Below are positions 1-9,060 of a stretch of DNA of 26,083 nucleotides, piece by piece. The stretch comes from Armatimonadota bacterium (GTDB lineage Bacteria > Armatimonadota > Armatimonadia > Armatimonadales > Armatimonadaceae), in contig JAYUUO010000248.1 of assembly GCA_043754515.1 (NCBI GenBank), positions 1-26,083 on the forward strand, given 5' to 3'. Within the stretch, counting starts at the first letter, position 1; each line of letters begins with the position of its first letter. The notes beneath the pieces were generated by a model that was not told where the DNA came from, did not search any database, and was given only the letters and a program-made list of their open reading frames with translations. The position numbers were made by a program, and so were the translations under genes.

Positions 1-1
1 C

Positions 2-700
2 GCCGAGTTTACTCAGATAGGAAATGACGTCGCGCGCTTCGAGAAGGTGCGTACCGAGGTCAAGTTCCACAGCGGCGATTACGTGGACCTGAAGGTTTAC
101 GAACCGGCGATGCGCCACCTTCTCGACAAATACATCCGTGCCGAGGACAGCAACCGCCTGTCGTCGTTCGATGACCTGTCACTGCTACAGCTGATCGTCG
201 AGCGCGGCGCGGACGCCATCGAATCACTCCCGGAAGGCATCAGGGCGGACGCCGGAAGCGTCGCGGAAACCATCGAGAACAACGTGCGCCGCCTGATTAT
301 CAGCGAGCACCCGGTCAACCCGGCGTATTACGAGCAGATGTCGGCGTTGCTGGACGCCCTGATCGCCGAGCGCAAACAGGGAGCGGAGCGGTATCAGGAG
401 TACCTGCAAAAAGTAGTGCAACTCACGCGAAAGGTTGTGCAGGGTCCCGACGCGAAGACATACCCGGCGTCCTGCGGGACGCCCGCCTTACGCGCCCTGT
501 ACGACAATGTGGGACAAAACGAACGCCTCGCGCTCGCGGTGGACGACGCGATACGCGCTAGCGCACAGGACGACTGGCGTAATAACGCCATGAAGACGCG
601 GCTAGTGCGCCGCGCCATCCAGGACGCCCTGCAAGGCGAGGAATCCGCCGCGCAAGCCGATGCCGTGCTACAACTGGCGCGGAACCAGTCCAGCTACTGA
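2..700 (+). CDS. hsdR: Type I restriction enzyme R subunit, C-terminal part (5' end outside the window)
   Basis: The frame is open from base 2. YEPAMRHLLDKYIRA...VAETIENNVRRLII...NPAYYEQMSALLDALI resembles the HsdR C-terminus, and an M48 peptidase follows as in many type I RM loci. Confidence 0.85.
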   Translation, partial: AEFTQIGNDVARFEKVRTEVKFHSGDYVDLKVYEPAMRHLLDKYIRAEDSNRLSSFDDLSLLQLIVERGADAIESLPEGIRADAGSVAETIENNVRRLIISEHPVNPAYYEQMSALLDALIAERKQGAERYQEYLQKVVQLTRKVVQGPDAKTYPASCGTPALRALYDNVGQNERLALAVDDAIRASAQDDWRNNAMKTRLVRRAIQDALQGEESAAQADAVLQLARNQSSY

Positions 701-706
701 AACACG

Positions 707-1441
707 ATGACCGACACCGCCGAAACCTTTACCCTTTCTCTCCACGGGCTTGACGTGTGCGTCGTGCGAAAGCAGGTCAAGAACCTGCACCTCGGCGTCT
801 ATCCGCCGGATGGACGGGTGCGCGTGGCCGCCCCGCTCGCCTTATCGAGTGACGCCGTGCGGCTTGCCGTGATCGGGAAACTCGGTTGGATACGCGCGAA
901 GCAGGCCCGATTCGCGGCACAGCCCCGCCAGAGCGAGCGCGACATGGCGCGCGGCGAGAGCCACTACTATCTCGGACGCCGTTATCGGTTGCGCATCGTC
1001 CCCTACCACTTCGGCACGCCTACAGTGGTCCCGCGCCCCGGCGCGATCCTGCAACTCGCCGTGCGCGAAGGCACGACGCCGGAAGGGTGCGGTCGCACCC
1101 TGGAAAGATGGTACCGGGAGCGGATGCGCGAGATCGTGCCCCCGCTTATCGCGCGTTGGGAGGAACGGCTCGGGGTCACGGTCGCCGAATGGGGCATCAA
1201 GCGCATGAAGACCCGGTGGGGAACCTGCACCATCGCGGCGCGGCGCATCTGGCTCAACAGCGAACTCATTAAGAAGCCGCCCGTCTGCATCGAGTACGTG
1301 GTTCTCCACGAAATGCTTCACTTATTGGAGCGTCACCATAACGCCCGATTCACCGCGCTTCTTGACCAGCACCTCCCCCATTGGCGTCGGCACAAAGACG
1401 CGTTGAACGCCGCGCCGCTCGGGCATGAGACGTGGGAGTGA
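707..1441 (+). CDS. M48/YgjP (DUF45, SprT-like) zinc metallopeptidase associated with type I RM
   Basis: Motifs RKQVKNLHLGVYPPDGRVRVAAP, MKTRWGTC and IEYVVLHEMLHLLERHH (HExxH). Confidence 0.92.
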   Translation: MTDTAETFTLSLHGLDVCVVRKQVKNLHLGVYPPDGRVRVAAPLALSSDAVRLAVIGKLGWIRAKQARFAAQPRQSERDMARGESHYYLGRRYRLRIVPYHFGTPTVVPRPGAILQLAVREGTTPEGCGRTLERWYRERMREIVPPLIARWEERLGVTVAEWGIKRMKTRWGTCTIAARRIWLNSELIKKPPVCIEYVVLHEMLHLLERHHNARFTALLDQHLPHWRRHKDALNAAPLGHETWE

Positions 1442-1513
1442 CCGGGCTGGTCGCGCGCGAGTCGCGCCGGAATCAGACGCGGACAGCGGACACAGTCGGA
1501 GCCAGAAGCACGA

Positions 1514-1544
1514 CGACCCCGGCAGGTAAAACCTGCCGGGGTCG
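1514..1544. repeat. Perfect 14-bp hairpin (REP-like, or terminator of the hsdR-M48 unit)
   Basis: cgaccccggcaggt-aaa-acctgccggggtcg. There is no clear U-tract. Confidence 0.6.
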
Positions 1545-2075
1545 AGCGTTCGAGAGAAGCCCCGCCTATGGGCATTATTCATGACCCTTGTTTCATTCCT
1601 CACCGACCCTCGCGGGCCGATGTGATTTATAGGCGTGAACCGAAGGCTAAAACTTAGCCCGCGAAGCCCCCTCGGAGACTATGACTGGAAACCATTGGCC
1701 ACCACCCCCTTGTTTCTGTAAGATATGCACCGAACCTACTCCTAACATTAACAGAGAAATCTTCTGCCGGGCGTCGCGAACGACGACCGAAGAAGTAACC
1801 CAATCAACTGGGGGAGCCAATACGATACACTATAAATATAGTATAATCCGGTCGAAAGTTCCTCCCCAACGACCCGAAAACCCAGACTTCTTTTTTGAGC
1901 GGGAGTTACGCGGTTGATGATCTCTGGCGTGGGGGTCTGTCCGAGACTAGAGAATGGCCAGGGAACCTATTTCCGCGACTAATTTGGAGACTGACGCTCG
2001 CGAGCTTGCGGAGGTAAATCACCGGTTCGAGGAGAGCATCGTCCGCACCTACTGGTTCCCTGATCCAGGTCACGC

Positions 2076-2114
2076 GGGTTTCGCCCCGCGCCGTGGTCAC
2101 GGCGGGCGAAACCC
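2076..2114. repeat. REP-like imperfect hairpin
   Basis: gggtttcgcc-ccg-cgccgtg-gt-cacggcg-ggcgaaaccc. Confidence 0.5.
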
Positions 2115-2204
2115 ACATAACCAACCAGACTATGACGCAATCGCCCTGGCTACTGATCTCACGCGAGAAGCGGCAGGCCCGTCGTGTGGTTTAATACGAG
2201 CGGC

Positions 2205-3776
2205 ATGGATAAGAAAAAAGTTATCGTATTGGGGTCCGGCCCCATCCGCATCGGGCAAGGGATCGAGTTCGACTACTGCACCGTTCACTGCGTCTGGGCG
2301 TTGCGCGAGGCCGGGTACGAGGCTATCGTACTGAACAACAACCCGGAAACCGTTTCCACTGACTTCGACACCTCGGACCGGCTCTACTTCGAGCCGCTCA
2401 CCACGGAAGACGTCCTCAATGTGTTGGACCGCGAGGAGCCGTACCACGGCGTTGTAGTGCAGTTCGGGGGCCAGACCGCGATCAACCTGGCGCGCCCGTT
2501 GTCGGATAGCGGCGTGCCGATACTCGGCTCGTCCGCCGACTCGATTGATCTCGCCGAAGACCGGGAGCGGTTCGAGGCATTGCTACGCGGTCTGGGCATC
2601 CCAAAGCCGGAGGGCCGCGCCGTCACCAACGCCGAGGACGCCGTGATCGTGGCGCGGGAAATCGGCTTCCCCTGTCTCGTACGTCCGTCATATGTGCTGG
2701 GCGGGCGCGCGATGGAGATCGTGAACGGCGAGGACGAACTGCGCTCCTACATGCGGTACGCTGTGGACGTTTCGCCCAAAGCACCGATCTTGGTGGACCG
2801 GTATATCATCGGCAAAGAGGTCGAGGTGGACTGCATCAGCGACGGCGTCGAGTGCCTTCTGCCGGGGATCATGGAACACATCGAGCGTGCCGGGGTGCAT
2901 TCCGGCGATTCGATGGCGGTCTATCCCCCCCAGTCTCTGTCAGAGACCACGAAAGCGAAGATGGTGGACTACGCGACGCGGCTCGCCCGCGCCATGAACG
3001 TGGTCGGCTTGATGAACATCCAGTTCGTTTGCGAGGGCGACGAGCCGTACATCATCGAAGTTAACCCCCGCTCGTCGCGCACCGTGCCGTTTCTGAGCAA
3101 GATCACCGGCGTCCCGATGGTCAGGATAGCGACGCGTTGCATTTTAGGTCAGTCGCTCAAGGAGCAAGGCTACGCGCCCGGTTTGTACCCCGAGCAGAAA
3201 AACCCGGCGGTCAAGGCACCCGTGTTCTCGTTCCAGAAACTCAGCGGCGTGGACAACACGCTGGGACCCGAGATGAAGTCCACCGGCGAGATACTGGGAC
3301 AGGACAGCACGTACCCGCGCGCCCTGTACAAGGCACTGGTCGCCTGCGGCTTCGACATGCCGCTGACGGGTGCGATTCTGGTCACGGTCGCGGACGGCGA
3401 CAAGGCGGAAGCGTTGCCACTGATCGAGGGGTTCGCCGCGCTGGGGTTTCCGATCTACGCGACGGGGGGCACGGCGGCTTTCCTGCAACAGAACGGGCTA
3501 CCCGATGTGCAGACGGCCCGCAAAATCTCGGACGGTTCGCCGAACCTGATAGACCTGATCCAGAGCGGCAAAGTGGGGCTTCTTATCAACACGATCAGTA
3601 AAGACAAAAAGATCGAGCGAGAAGGGGCGCAGATCCGCCGAGCCTCGGTCGAGCGCGGCGTGCCGTGCCTGACCTCGCTCGACACCGCCCGCGCCCTGCT
3701 CCTCGCCCTGTCCGCGCACCCGACGGTGAACGACGACTTCGGGGTGCGAACGGTTGACGAGTATCTGGCGGGGTAA
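2205..3776 (+). CDS. carB: Carbamoyl-phosphate synthase large subunit, C-terminal half only (second ATP-grasp plus MGS-like allosteric domain)
   Basis: [71 protein letters not shown] and MGS motifs. About 523 aa from ATG 2205, versus about 1070 aa for full-length CarB. Confidence 0.92.
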   Translation: MDKKKVIVLGSGPIRIGQGIEFDYCTVHCVWALREAGYEAIVLNNNPETVSTDFDTSDRLYFEPLTTEDVLNVLDREEPYHGVVVQFGGQTAINLARPLSDSGVPILGSSADSIDLAEDRERFEALLRGLGIPKPEGRAVTNAEDAVIVAREIGFPCLVRPSYVLGGRAMEIVNGEDELRSYMRYAVDVSPKAPILVDRYIIGKEVEVDCISDGVECLLPGIMEHIERAGVHSGDSMAVYPPQSLSETTKAKMVDYATRLARAMNVVGLMNIQFVCEGDEPYIIEVNPRSSRTVPFLSKITGVPMVRIATRCILGQSLKEQGYAPGLYPEQKNPAVKAPVFSFQKLSGVDNTLGPEMKSTGEILGQDSTYPRALYKALVACGFDMPLTGAILVTVADGDKAEALPLIEGFAALGFPIYATGGTAAFLQQNGLPDVQTARKISDGSPNLIDLIQSGKVGLLINTISKDKKIEREGAQIRRASVERGVPCLTSLDTARALLLALSAHPTVNDDFGVRTVDEYLAG

Positions 3777-3786
3777 AGGACATGAC

Positions 3787-3948
3787 ATGCCTGAAGAACG
3801 AATATTAACGGTGGCTTATTACATCGGCGAGGATGAGATCCTCGGTTCAACCGCAACTTCAGATAAGGGACGCCTGTGTAGTCTCATAGGGGCGCGTATC
3901 GTCGAGGTGTGGGGGCAACGACGACCCGAACATGAAATTCTTTACTAG
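3787..3948 (+). CDS. Small hypothetical ORF or gene remnant (53 aa)
   Basis: AAGGA ribosome-binding site ahead of ATG 3787 and lower GC than neighbours. No motif recognised. Confidence 0.3.
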   Translation: MPEERILTVAYYIGEDEILGSTATSDKGRLCSLIGARIVEVWGQRRPEHEILY

Positions 3949-3975
3949 AAAATTTATCATTATGACACGCCACGC

Positions 3976-5751
3976 ATGAAGTACTTGCTCAAAATTGTCA
4001 GTGCCGTCGCTCTACTGGCGGCGATCTCCACCCCGGCGTCGCCGCGAAAATCCCCCGCCGCTCAGCCGGTCACCCTACCCGCCTTCGCCGACCTTTCCGG
4101 GAAGAGCTACCCCGCCGACGCCCGGCACGTGCCGCTCAACACAGTTTTCGTCTTCCTGGCCACGGACTGCCCTGTCGCTTCCCGAACCGCGCCCGAAATC
4201 GCCCGCCTCGCGCGCCGGTTCGCGAAGCGCGGCGTCCGCTTTTTCGCAGTGTACCCGAACGCGCTAGAGACCGACGCCGGGGTACGCAAGCACGCAGGGG
4301 AACGCCACCTGCTCGGTACCGTCCCGGTGGTGCGCGACGGGGCGGGGAATCTCGCCCGCGCCATGAACGCGGGCTTCGCGCCGGAAGCGGTGCTGGTCGG
4401 GGCAGGCGGCGTGGTCATCTACCGGGGCAATATCGCGTCGCTCGTGCCGGTGCTCGAAGCGAGTCTGACCGGCAAGCCGATTCCCGCGCCGAAGACGGGC
4501 GTGGTCGGGTGCGCTCTCCGCGTCCTTCCTACGCCTGCCCTCGCCGCGTCAGTGCTCGCCGCCCCCGCCGTCCCCTACGCGTCCGTCGCGCCGCTCCTCG
4601 CGAAGCACTGCGTTTCCTGCCACCGCGCCGGGGAGGTCGGGCCGATGCCGCTCGACTCGCCCACGCAGGCCGCGTCGTGGGCGAAGGCCATTGCCGCGTA
4701 CACCGCCCGCCGCGAGATGCCGCCCTGGAAGGCGGATTCCCACGGCGAGTTTCAAAACGAGCGACGCTTGACCGACGCCGAAATCGCCACATTCGCCGCG
4801 TGGGGCAAATCGGCGAAGGGGGAACAGCCTCCCGAAAGCGCGGCGCGCCCTGCCGCCGTTCCCGCCCCCCACCCGACGACGAAGTGGCAACTGGGCGAGC
4901 CGGACGCGATCTTCGCCATGCCGGAGCCGTACACGACGCCTGCCGAGGGAAAGGACGTGTACCGCTGCTTCGTGCTACCGACCCATTACGACGCCGATAA
5001 ATGGGTATCGGCGATCGAGTTTCAGCCGGGGAACCGGGGGATCGTGCATCACATCAACGTCTGGATTGATACCAGCGGCACCGCGCGGCGGCTCGACGCC
5101 GCCGACCCCAGAACCGGCTATACTTCCCCCAATCCGGGGAACGTGCCCGGCTTCGTTTCGGCGGGCGTGCTGGGCGGATGGGTTCCGGGACATGTACCGT
5201 GGGTGTTGCCGGACGGAGTAGGCAACCTGCTCCCGAAAGGCGCGGACATCGTGCTAGAGGTGCATTACATTACGACCGGCAAGCCGGAGATTGACCGGTC
5301 GCGGTTCGGGCTGAAGTGGGTGCGTGGCCCGGTCAAGAAGCGGCTCCACTTAGGCGAGGTTTCCGCGAAAGGCTTTCAGATACCGGGCGGCGACGCGGCA
5401 TTTTCGGTGCAGACCAGCGAGTTCGTACACGAGCCGATCACGCTCCTTTCGGTGACGCCGCACATGCACAACCTGGGCCTTTCGATGAAGGCGGTCGCGG
5501 AGTTCCCGGACGGCACGCCGCTGACGCTGGTCTCGGTCAATAATTGGGACTTCGCCTGGCAGATGAGCTACCGCTACAAGGAGCCGGTTCACCTGCCGCA
5601 GAACACCCGGATTGACCTGACGGCGGTGTTCGACAACTCGGCAGCGAACCGGAAGAACCCGAACACTCCCCCGCGAGCGGTGCGCAACGGCGAGCGGACG
5701 AGCGACGAGATGTGCAACCTGTTCGTCGCGTACACCGTTGACAGCGAGTAG
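3976..5751 (+). CDS. Secreted redoxin-domain + c-type haem + copper type II monooxygenase-like protein
   Basis: Signal peptide, thioredoxin-like FLATDCPVA, haem motif CVSCH, and PHM/DBH-like copper ligands VHHI, PHMH and DEMC. Confidence 0.8.
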   Translation: MKYLLKIVSAVALLAAISTPASPRKSPAAQPVTLPAFADLSGKSYPADARHVPLNTVFVFLATDCPVASRTAPEIARLARRFAKRGVRFFAVYPNALETDAGVRKHAGERHLLGTVPVVRDGAGNLARAMNAGFAPEAVLVGAGGVVIYRGNIASLVPVLEASLTGKPIPAPKTGVVGCALRVLPTPALAASVLAAPAVPYASVAPLLAKHCVSCHRAGEVGPMPLDSPTQAASWAKAIAAYTARREMPPWKADSHGEFQNERRLTDAEIATFAAWGKSAKGEQPPESAARPAAVPAPHPTTKWQLGEPDAIFAMPEPYTTPAEGKDVYRCFVLPTHYDADKWVSAIEFQPGNRGIVHHINVWIDTSGTARRLDAADPRTGYTSPNPGNVPGFVSAGVLGGWVPGHVPWVLPDGVGNLLPKGADIVLEVHYITTGKPEIDRSRFGLKWVRGPVKKRLHLGEVSAKGFQIPGGDAAFSVQTSEFVHEPITLLSVTPHMHNLGLSMKAVAEFPDGTPLTLVSVNNWDFAWQMSYRYKEPVHLPQNTRIDLTAVFDNSAANRKNPNTPPRAVRNGERTSDEMCNLFVAYTVDSE

Positions 5752-5780
5752 CAACGGAGGCCAACGAGGCGGGACGGAGG

Positions 5781-5801
5781 GTAGGGGCGGGGTTTACCCC
5801 G
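5781..5801 (+). repeat. GTAG-type REP sequence between convergent genes
   Basis: gtagggg-cggggt-tt-accccg: a GTAG tetranucleotide followed by a GC palindrome. Confidence 0.55.
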
Positions 5802-5802
5802 G

Positions 5803-7020
5803 TCATCTCACGCCCGCCGCGATGCGGCGTAGTTCCGCCTCCGGCAGATCGCCGAGCACGAGATACGCGCTGTTGCCGGTGCCACGAACGAACAGCCCGT
5901 TCTTCCCCTGCGGGCCTGGCACATATGCGGAGCCGTCCGAACGCAGGAAGGGGCGGACGCGGGGCGGGATGCCGTCGCGCAGGATGGTCAGCGAGAACGT
6001 GTTCAGCCCGTTCGCGTAACGAAGCGCGAGGTGGCTGTCGTTCGCGGTCGCCTCAATCAGTCGGAGCGCGTAGCCGGGGGGCAGGTAGGTCGGCTCCACC
6101 ACGACGAACCCCGCCTGCCGCGCTTCCGCGACCGTGTTGAACCGCCGCCGTTGCCCGGTGGTCGGTACTGTCCCGCTTGCGGTAGGGATGCCATTGCCCG
6201 GTACTGGCGGCGTGAAGTCATCCGGCGCGAACACGGGTGCGAGGTTTAAAGTCGTATAATAGGAGCTCGACAACACTCTCCCAGCGGCGTCCACTCCCTC
6301 GGTGCGCAGTCGTAGCCCAGTCTCCCGATCAATCCAGAACCGGCGCGTCGGCGTGGATGGCGTGCGCGGGGCACGCACCTCGACGATAACGGAGCCGCGC
6401 CCCGCCACCGTGTCCTGCCCCACGATCCGTGCCGCGAGCATGCCCCTTGTAAGCCGCCGCACCATGTCCTCGCCGCGCGTGGCGGACCGCCGCGCGAGGC
6501 GCGACTGCTCGATGGTGACGGCGTCGCCCGGTCGCGCCGGGTTGAACCGATAGACGTTGCGGAAATTGTCCAGATAGACCCTGCCATTGCCATTCACCGA
6601 TTCGCGGCGCAAGCCCTGACGCGGGTCGGATTTGACGAGTTGCTCGTTACCCGCCCTGTCGGCACGCATCGTTGATTCGCGGGCGATGTAGGTAGTCGTG
6701 TTCTCGGCGTCCATCATGCGCCGCAGAAGTTGCGCGGAGTCAGGGTCGTAGGTAGAAGCGACCTGTGGTACCCGCGCATTCAGCGGCTGAATATGCGGTG
6801 TCACCGGGAAGGGTAGCTGTCGCGCCGGAACGACGCGAATCACACGGGGCGTCACCACGCGAGTCACGGGGCGCGGGGTGACGCGCGCCTTACCCGGCGT
6901 CACCCCACGGGTTACCTGTGGTGCCTTGACTCGAGGTTGCTTGGGCAGTTGTGCCAGCGACAGGCCACTAGCGGCGACGGCGAGACAAACGCTAGCAGTC
7001 ACGCGTAAGGGTATGCGCAT
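5803..7020 (-). CDS. RseB/MucB-like (LolA-fold) exported anti-sigma partner
   Basis: Likely start at ATG 7020 (MRIPLRV..., GGAG RBS, signal peptide). Motifs GQDTVAGR, RFWIDRETGLRLR and PTYLPPGY. Third gene of the ECF operon. Confidence 0.75.
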   Translation of the reverse strand: MRIPLRVTASVCLAVAASGLSLAQLPKQPRVKAPQVTRGVTPGKARVTPRPVTRVVTPRVIRVVPARQLPFPVTPHIQPLNARVPQVASTYDPDSAQLLRRMMDAENTTTYIARESTMRADRAGNEQLVKSDPRQGLRRESVNGNGRVYLDNFRNVYRFNPARPGDAVTIEQSRLARRSATRGEDMVRRLTRGMLAARIVGQDTVAGRGSVIVEVRAPRTPSTPTRRFWIDRETGLRLRTEGVDAAGRVLSSSYYTTLNLAPVFAPDDFTPPVPGNGIPTASGTVPTTGQRRRFNTVAEARQAGFVVVEPTYLPPGYALRLIEATANDSHLALRYANGLNTFSLTILRDGIPPRVRPFLRSDGSAYVPGPQGKNGLFVRGTGNSAYLVLGDLPEAELRRIAAGVR

Positions 7021-7024
7021 CTCC

Positions 7025-7591
7025 TCAGTCCTGCCTGGATTCGTTGAGCGCGGTCGCGGGGTCGCCCAGCGGTTGAGCGGCGGAAAACGCGGTGTGTTCG
7101 TTCCAAAGTTCGGTGAGTGCCGGATCACTCGCGACCAGATTTTTCGTGGTATCCGGTAACGGCGACGGGGTAGAGACACCGGCGACGGTTCGAATCGGAT
7201 GGGTCAAGAGGTAGCCGGTCGGGAGCGTCGCCATCAGCACGACAACGACCGCAACGAAAGCAGGCGCGAAGCGATACACGGGGCGAGAATGGGCGGCCTG
7301 CTCCTCCCACCAAAGGCGAACCCTGCCGAGCGGCGACAGCGGTTTCGGTGCCAGGCATCCGTCCGCTATGCGCCGCGCTAGCAGTGCCTCGAAGTTCGCG
7401 GATGGGCCTTTCGGTGACGGGAGCGACGAGACAAGGCGAGCAGTCCCCGCGAAATCATTCGCTATAGACGCGCAGACCGCGCACGACTGGACGTGGAGTT
7501 TGACCTGCCAGGCTTGCGTCTCCCCCAGTTCACCGTCCGCGTATTCCACGAGAAGCGGTCGGATGTTTTTACAATCGTTCATTGTCGCCAT
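7025..7591 (-). CDS. Zinc-binding (zf-HC2) transmembrane anti-sigma factor
   Basis: CKNIRPLLVEYADGEL...HVQSCAVC (HxxxCxxC), one transmembrane segment, directly downstream of the ECF sigma gene. Confidence 0.88.
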   Translation of the reverse strand: MATMNDCKNIRPLLVEYADGELGETQAWQVKLHVQSCAVCASIANDFAGTARLVSSLPSPKGPSANFEALLARRIADGCLAPKPLSPLGRVRLWWEEQAAHSRPVYRFAPAFVAVVVVLMATLPTGYLLTHPIRTVAGVSTPSPLPDTTKNLVASDPALTELWNEHTAFSAAQPLGDPATALNESRQD

Positions 7592-7608
7592 TTCGTGTCT
7601 CCCCTATC

Positions 7609-8214
7609 TTACCCTTCCAGGTACACCTTCAAATGTTCCCGTAGTGCTGTACGCGCGTTAAAAATCCGCGACTTAATGGTGCCCAGAGGAACCCGCTCGG
7701 CTTGCGCGATCTCGTCGTACGCCAGCCCCTCGACGTCGTGCAGGATGACAGCGGAGCGCAACTTCGGCGGGAGTTTGGCGAGCGCGGACTCGATCTGCTG
7801 GCCAAGTTCCTTCCGCCCGAACAACCGGTCCGGCTCGCGCGACATGTCCGCCAAATCTCGTTCACTCGCATGTTCCTCGGCATCGCCGACGGGGCCATCG
7901 AGAGATAAGTTTCCGCGCGAATTCTTGCTCTTTCGGAAGGCGTCAGTACACAGGTTGCCCGCGATGCGGAACAGCCACGTCGAAAGGCGCGCCTCGGCGC
8001 GGAACCCCGCGATGTTGGTGTACATGCGCACGAAGACCTCTTGCGTCAGGTCCTCGGCATCCTCCGCGTTCCCGGTCATTCGGTACACGTAGCGGTAGAT
8101 CTTATCTTTGTACCGCGACACAATCTCGTTAAACGCCGCGACATCCGCCTTTTGACAGCGGGTAACCAGGGCATTATCGGTATTGATCAAAGACAGACTC
8201 CAATTAGCAATCAT
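7609..8214 (-). CDS. ECF sigma-70 factor (SigW/RpoE-like)
   Basis: Region 2 motifs DAEDLTQEVFVR and TWLFRIAGN; region 4 motif YDEIAQAERVPLGTIKSRIFNAR. Confidence 0.95.
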   Translation of the reverse strand: MIANWSLSLINTDNALVTRCQKADVAAFNEIVSRYKDKIYRYVYRMTGNAEDAEDLTQEVFVRMYTNIAGFRAEARLSTWLFRIAGNLCTDAFRKSKNSRGNLSLDGPVGDAEEHASERDLADMSREPDRLFGRKELGQQIESALAKLPPKLRSAVILHDVEGLAYDEIAQAERVPLGTIKSRIFNARTALREHLKVYLEG

Positions 8215-8260
8215 ACTATGTTATCCGTTACGGCTCCCGTCCGAAGAGTTTACACCCCCC

Positions 8261-8287
8261 TAGACGTTCGTAGGATACGAATGTTCA
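8261..8287 (-). promoter_or_regulatory. Putative ECF autoregulatory promoter
   Basis: The minus strand reads TGAAC-N16-CGTCTA, matching the AAC-N16/17-CGT pattern of SigW/SigM-type promoters, about 47 bp upstream of the start codon. Confidence 0.6.
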
Positions 8288-8393
8288 TTCCACGTCGCGC
8301 CCCGCCTGGATCAAATTCAGTGGCGACAGGGCGAGCGCATCGGTGCGAACGGCCTCCTTTCCGCGGTAGACTGGAAGGGATAAGGGACAGACT

Positions 8394-8825
8394 ATGTGCT
8401 GGATGCCATACGCGAACAAAACGAAAGCAGTGTGTTTCGCCTGCCGCAAGACATTCATCAGCTACGACAGGGACAGAGGCGACCCCATCGCCACTGAGCA
8501 AATCGACGTGAGAGGGATCACGCGGCGGGCATTGTGGTATGCCCCGATGCCGTTACCCTGTCCTCAGTGCGACGCCCGAATGTGGGACGCGGGCATGCAT
8601 TTTAAGACGCCGCGACACAGCGACGTAAAGCAGTGGGAGAAGGTGCGCGTTCTCGCGGCGCACGGTTTCCGGTTCGCCAACGCACGCTGTTGCGGTTGGT
8701 TCGGCCCCGGAAAACGCCCCGACACGCTAAAGGAAGTCCCCGCGTTCGTCGCGGCGCGGGTTTCTGTATCCGCCGCCCACGTGTCGGCGGAGGCGGAAAT
8801 AGCCCTCGGATCCTATAAGAAATAG
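8394..8825 (+). CDS. Hypothetical zinc-ribbon-like protein
   Basis: CFACRKTF and CPQC pairs followed by MWDAGMHFKTPRHSDVKQWEKV. AGGGA RBS upstream. Confidence 0.65.
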   Translation: MCWMPYANKTKAVCFACRKTFISYDRDRGDPIATEQIDVRGITRRALWYAPMPLPCPQCDARMWDAGMHFKTPRHSDVKQWEKVRVLAAHGFRFANARCCGWFGPGKRPDTLKEVPAFVAARVSVSAAHVSAEAEIALGSYKK

Positions 8826-9005
8826 GAGTTACGCGGTTCGTCAAGGAACGCGGGTTGAAACCCACGTCATCGGCGAAACAAGTACAGTCAAAACTTGTTT
8901 TGACGATTGCCTGTCTAGACGCGTTCCGCGCCGGACGTCGGGTACCCGCTTGCGGGTGGGACGGACAGATCCGGGCATACGAAACCGCCAACCGCATAAC
9001 TCCTA
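8823..9005. mobile_element. MITE-like element with 16-bp terminal inverted repeats bounded by TA
   Basis: taggagttacgcggtt (8823-8838) and aaccgcataactccta (8990-9005), one mismatch. No transposase inside. Confidence 0.65.
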
Positions 9006-9060
9006 AAGAAAGATTGACAGGGGACAGCGTTCCCCTATCAAATCAAAACGACATAAAAAC

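Noticed and set aside
7021..7179. Longer N-terminus for the RseB-like gene as given in the ORF track
   Set aside because: It overlaps the anti-sigma gene. ATG 7020 has an RBS and is followed by a signal peptide.
9014..9043. Threonine attenuator or riboswitch upstream of thrC
   Set aside because: Only TTGACA and a short imperfect hairpin are present. There is no leader peptide or T-box features.
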